NCBI GenBank assembly: GCA_040954595.2
Contig: CM082590.2
Coordinates: forward strand, 11,346,655-11,410,654
DNA: 64,000 nucleotides
DNA from: Balanoglossus misakiensis
Lineage: Eukaryota > Animalia > Hemichordata
Direction: 5' to 3'
A model generated the notes under the pieces. It did not search any database. It saw nothing but the letters and a program-made list of their open reading frames with translations, and was not told the origin of the DNA. Positions 62,001 through 64,000 of the stretch are shown here, in pieces (the stretch's first letter is position 1; every line of letters begins with the position of its first letter). Position numbers and translations under genes: made by a program.

Positions 62001-64000
62001 TATACTTTATTGTAATACTTTATCATTTGCGGTGTATACTACGGTTGCATTACTTCTTGTGGTGTGTGGAGGGCCCGTGGTTGTACACAGTGGTTGCTGG
62101 TTTGGTGCCGCAGTATCAGTCGCGGTTGAGAATGTGATTCGTTCTGTCGTTGTGATTATATCATAGTGGTTCCAGTACTGATACCATATTGCTGTATAAT
62201 CCCAGGTTACGCAACGGAATAGAAGATTTGTAGTTAAATCACTATGTTTCTATAAATTTTTGTATCATTGTGGTGTTCTCGAGCAGATGGTCAAGTTCCC
62301 TGTCAAATGATGACATATCAAATGAAGAGACCGGTGACTCGTTCGACAAAGTGTTTATCCACGAAAATAGAGCTAAAGATTCTCGACCTGCAACCTGGTT
62401 AGCATGTCAAGTGTTTTCTATATCGACAAAAGTTCACCCTTTAAAACGTTTGAGCAGCCTTAATCTTTGAATAAACAAAATGCATTGAAGTGGTGTCAGT
62501 CGGCAAAAGCAGCGCCATGTTGATTTATACGGACCGGCATTTACAAAGAGACGATGATGTTGAAAGACCTGTATTTCTACACAGCACCTTTTTACGGCAA
62601 CATAAATTGTGACTGTTCACTGGCATTGCTGCATTTTCCAGGGATGCAATCTCTCTCTGCATTAGACGATTATAGATGTGTCTCCCATCTTTTTACTGAC
62701 ACGCGATCAAATACTTGAAATGTGCGTGCGCTAAAATATTTGGCGGCTGTTTCACAACAATCTGATATCTACAAATGATAACCTAACACAATTTTACTAG
62801 CTGAAGGAATGCTGGTATGTAGCAAACATCCACCAATTTACCCATATAAAGGTCAAGGGTCACACACCTGTCTAATATATATAAAAATAACTTGTTTTTA
62901 GGAAGTGTCTAAAGTCACTGATTTAAAAGCTTGCATATTTTATCCCATATGAATGTACAATGCCAATATATAGTTAATAGTTACCAGCGGTGTTTTTCAC
63001 AAAGTCCTGTGCGCAACTCGGAAAACTCAATTGTCTTATTGTAATAACCGTTTGGTGAATACAGTTATAAGTAAAAGGATTGTTAAAATTACAAAAATTG
63101 TGAGTTTCCGCGAATCAGTTGACATTCTTTTGAAATAACGAAGACAAAAAATGAACTTCAACTTTTTATCAAGATATTAAAATTAGTATAGATCATTATC
63201 TTTCCGATCCGGCGATTTTGGTATTAAATTTCTTGTTTTTATACTCACTCATCCTTGGTGAACAAATGCAGTGTATGTAGTCGATTTGGTGGTATTTTGG
63301 ACATCGACCTTTACATTTCAATCTCTCAAAAGCCAAAATCTCACGTGGCTTTTTATCAGAAATATTCATCAAGTTGTTTACAGCTTCAACGTTGTCTGTT
63401 GCTATGGAGACTAAACACCGATATGCCATTATTCTGTCTAGACATGACATAACTATTTTAAAATTGTGTTAGAACCAATGGACAAACGATAATGAAGTAT
63501 TTCCAACTTCAAAAAATGACATTACATTTTTCTCTCAAGTGTTTGTGCGAGTATATATATCATTTTGTACCAATGTGCTCGTCCGTACACTGAACCCTGT
63601 TCAAGTAGTTTGAGCCAGGGTGAGGTTATGCCTCCCACTTAAAATGGGTTTATTGTTAGACGATAGCAATTACCACTCTTTAAAAGCCTTGGTTGGACGC
63701 TGTTGTACAAGGCGGTGTTACTCCATTGGTTCGCAGACAAGGAGGTGTTTGTGATTGGTTGGACCATGCGTACAAAGCAACATTAGTGCTTCGGCCGGAC
63801 CAGGCCGTGCAAGGCGACAGTATCTTCCCCGCCAGCTGCTCTCTGTTGGCAAACTCCTTTTTTGGAGTTCTCTAGTTTTGTCCATTTAATTTATTAGTTT
63901 CTCACTTCCATTACAAACGACTTTTCCAGTGAGAAGCGTATTATTATACATTTATGTGATTGTCCGAAGTGCAGCGGCCAAAATCCAACAAAACTTTGGC

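Noticed and set aside
56007-64000. Hedgehog exons 2-3 or a nested gene
   Set aside because: No RCK.KLN/LRVTEGWDED or Hint-domain sequence is visible, so they presumably lie beyond the window.

Overview
This is AT-rich, intron-containing animal genomic DNA from an invertebrate bilaterian; a deuterostome such as a hemichordate is my inference, and the species cannot be determined. No prokaryotic system, CRISPR array or RNA gene was found. Eight genes were reconstructed by hand from splice sites and frame continuity. On the minus strand: an Rv2258c-like SAM methyltransferase, GPD1 (with two duplicated alternative last exons) and a divergent SPACA9-like gene. On the plus strand: a CREBZF-like bZIP gene, STT3B, TAX1BP1/CALCOCO, NHEJ1 (XLF) and exon 1 of hedgehog. 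Main points of interest: (1) the NHEJ1->hedgehog arrangement and NHEJ1 exon structure mirror vertebrate NHEJ1-IHH, where the equivalent intron holds IHH enhancers; (2) GPD1 has two intact paralogous terminal exons; (3) seven perfect CRE octamers lie upstream of a CREBZF that retains the DNA-contacting Asn; (4) a perfect ERSE precedes STT3B; (5) TAX1BP1/CALCOCO has a chimeric 35-aa exon born by tandem duplication, and its FFAT+UBZ last exon depends on a GC-AG intron. All homology calls are from motif recognition and recalled knowledge, not database searches.
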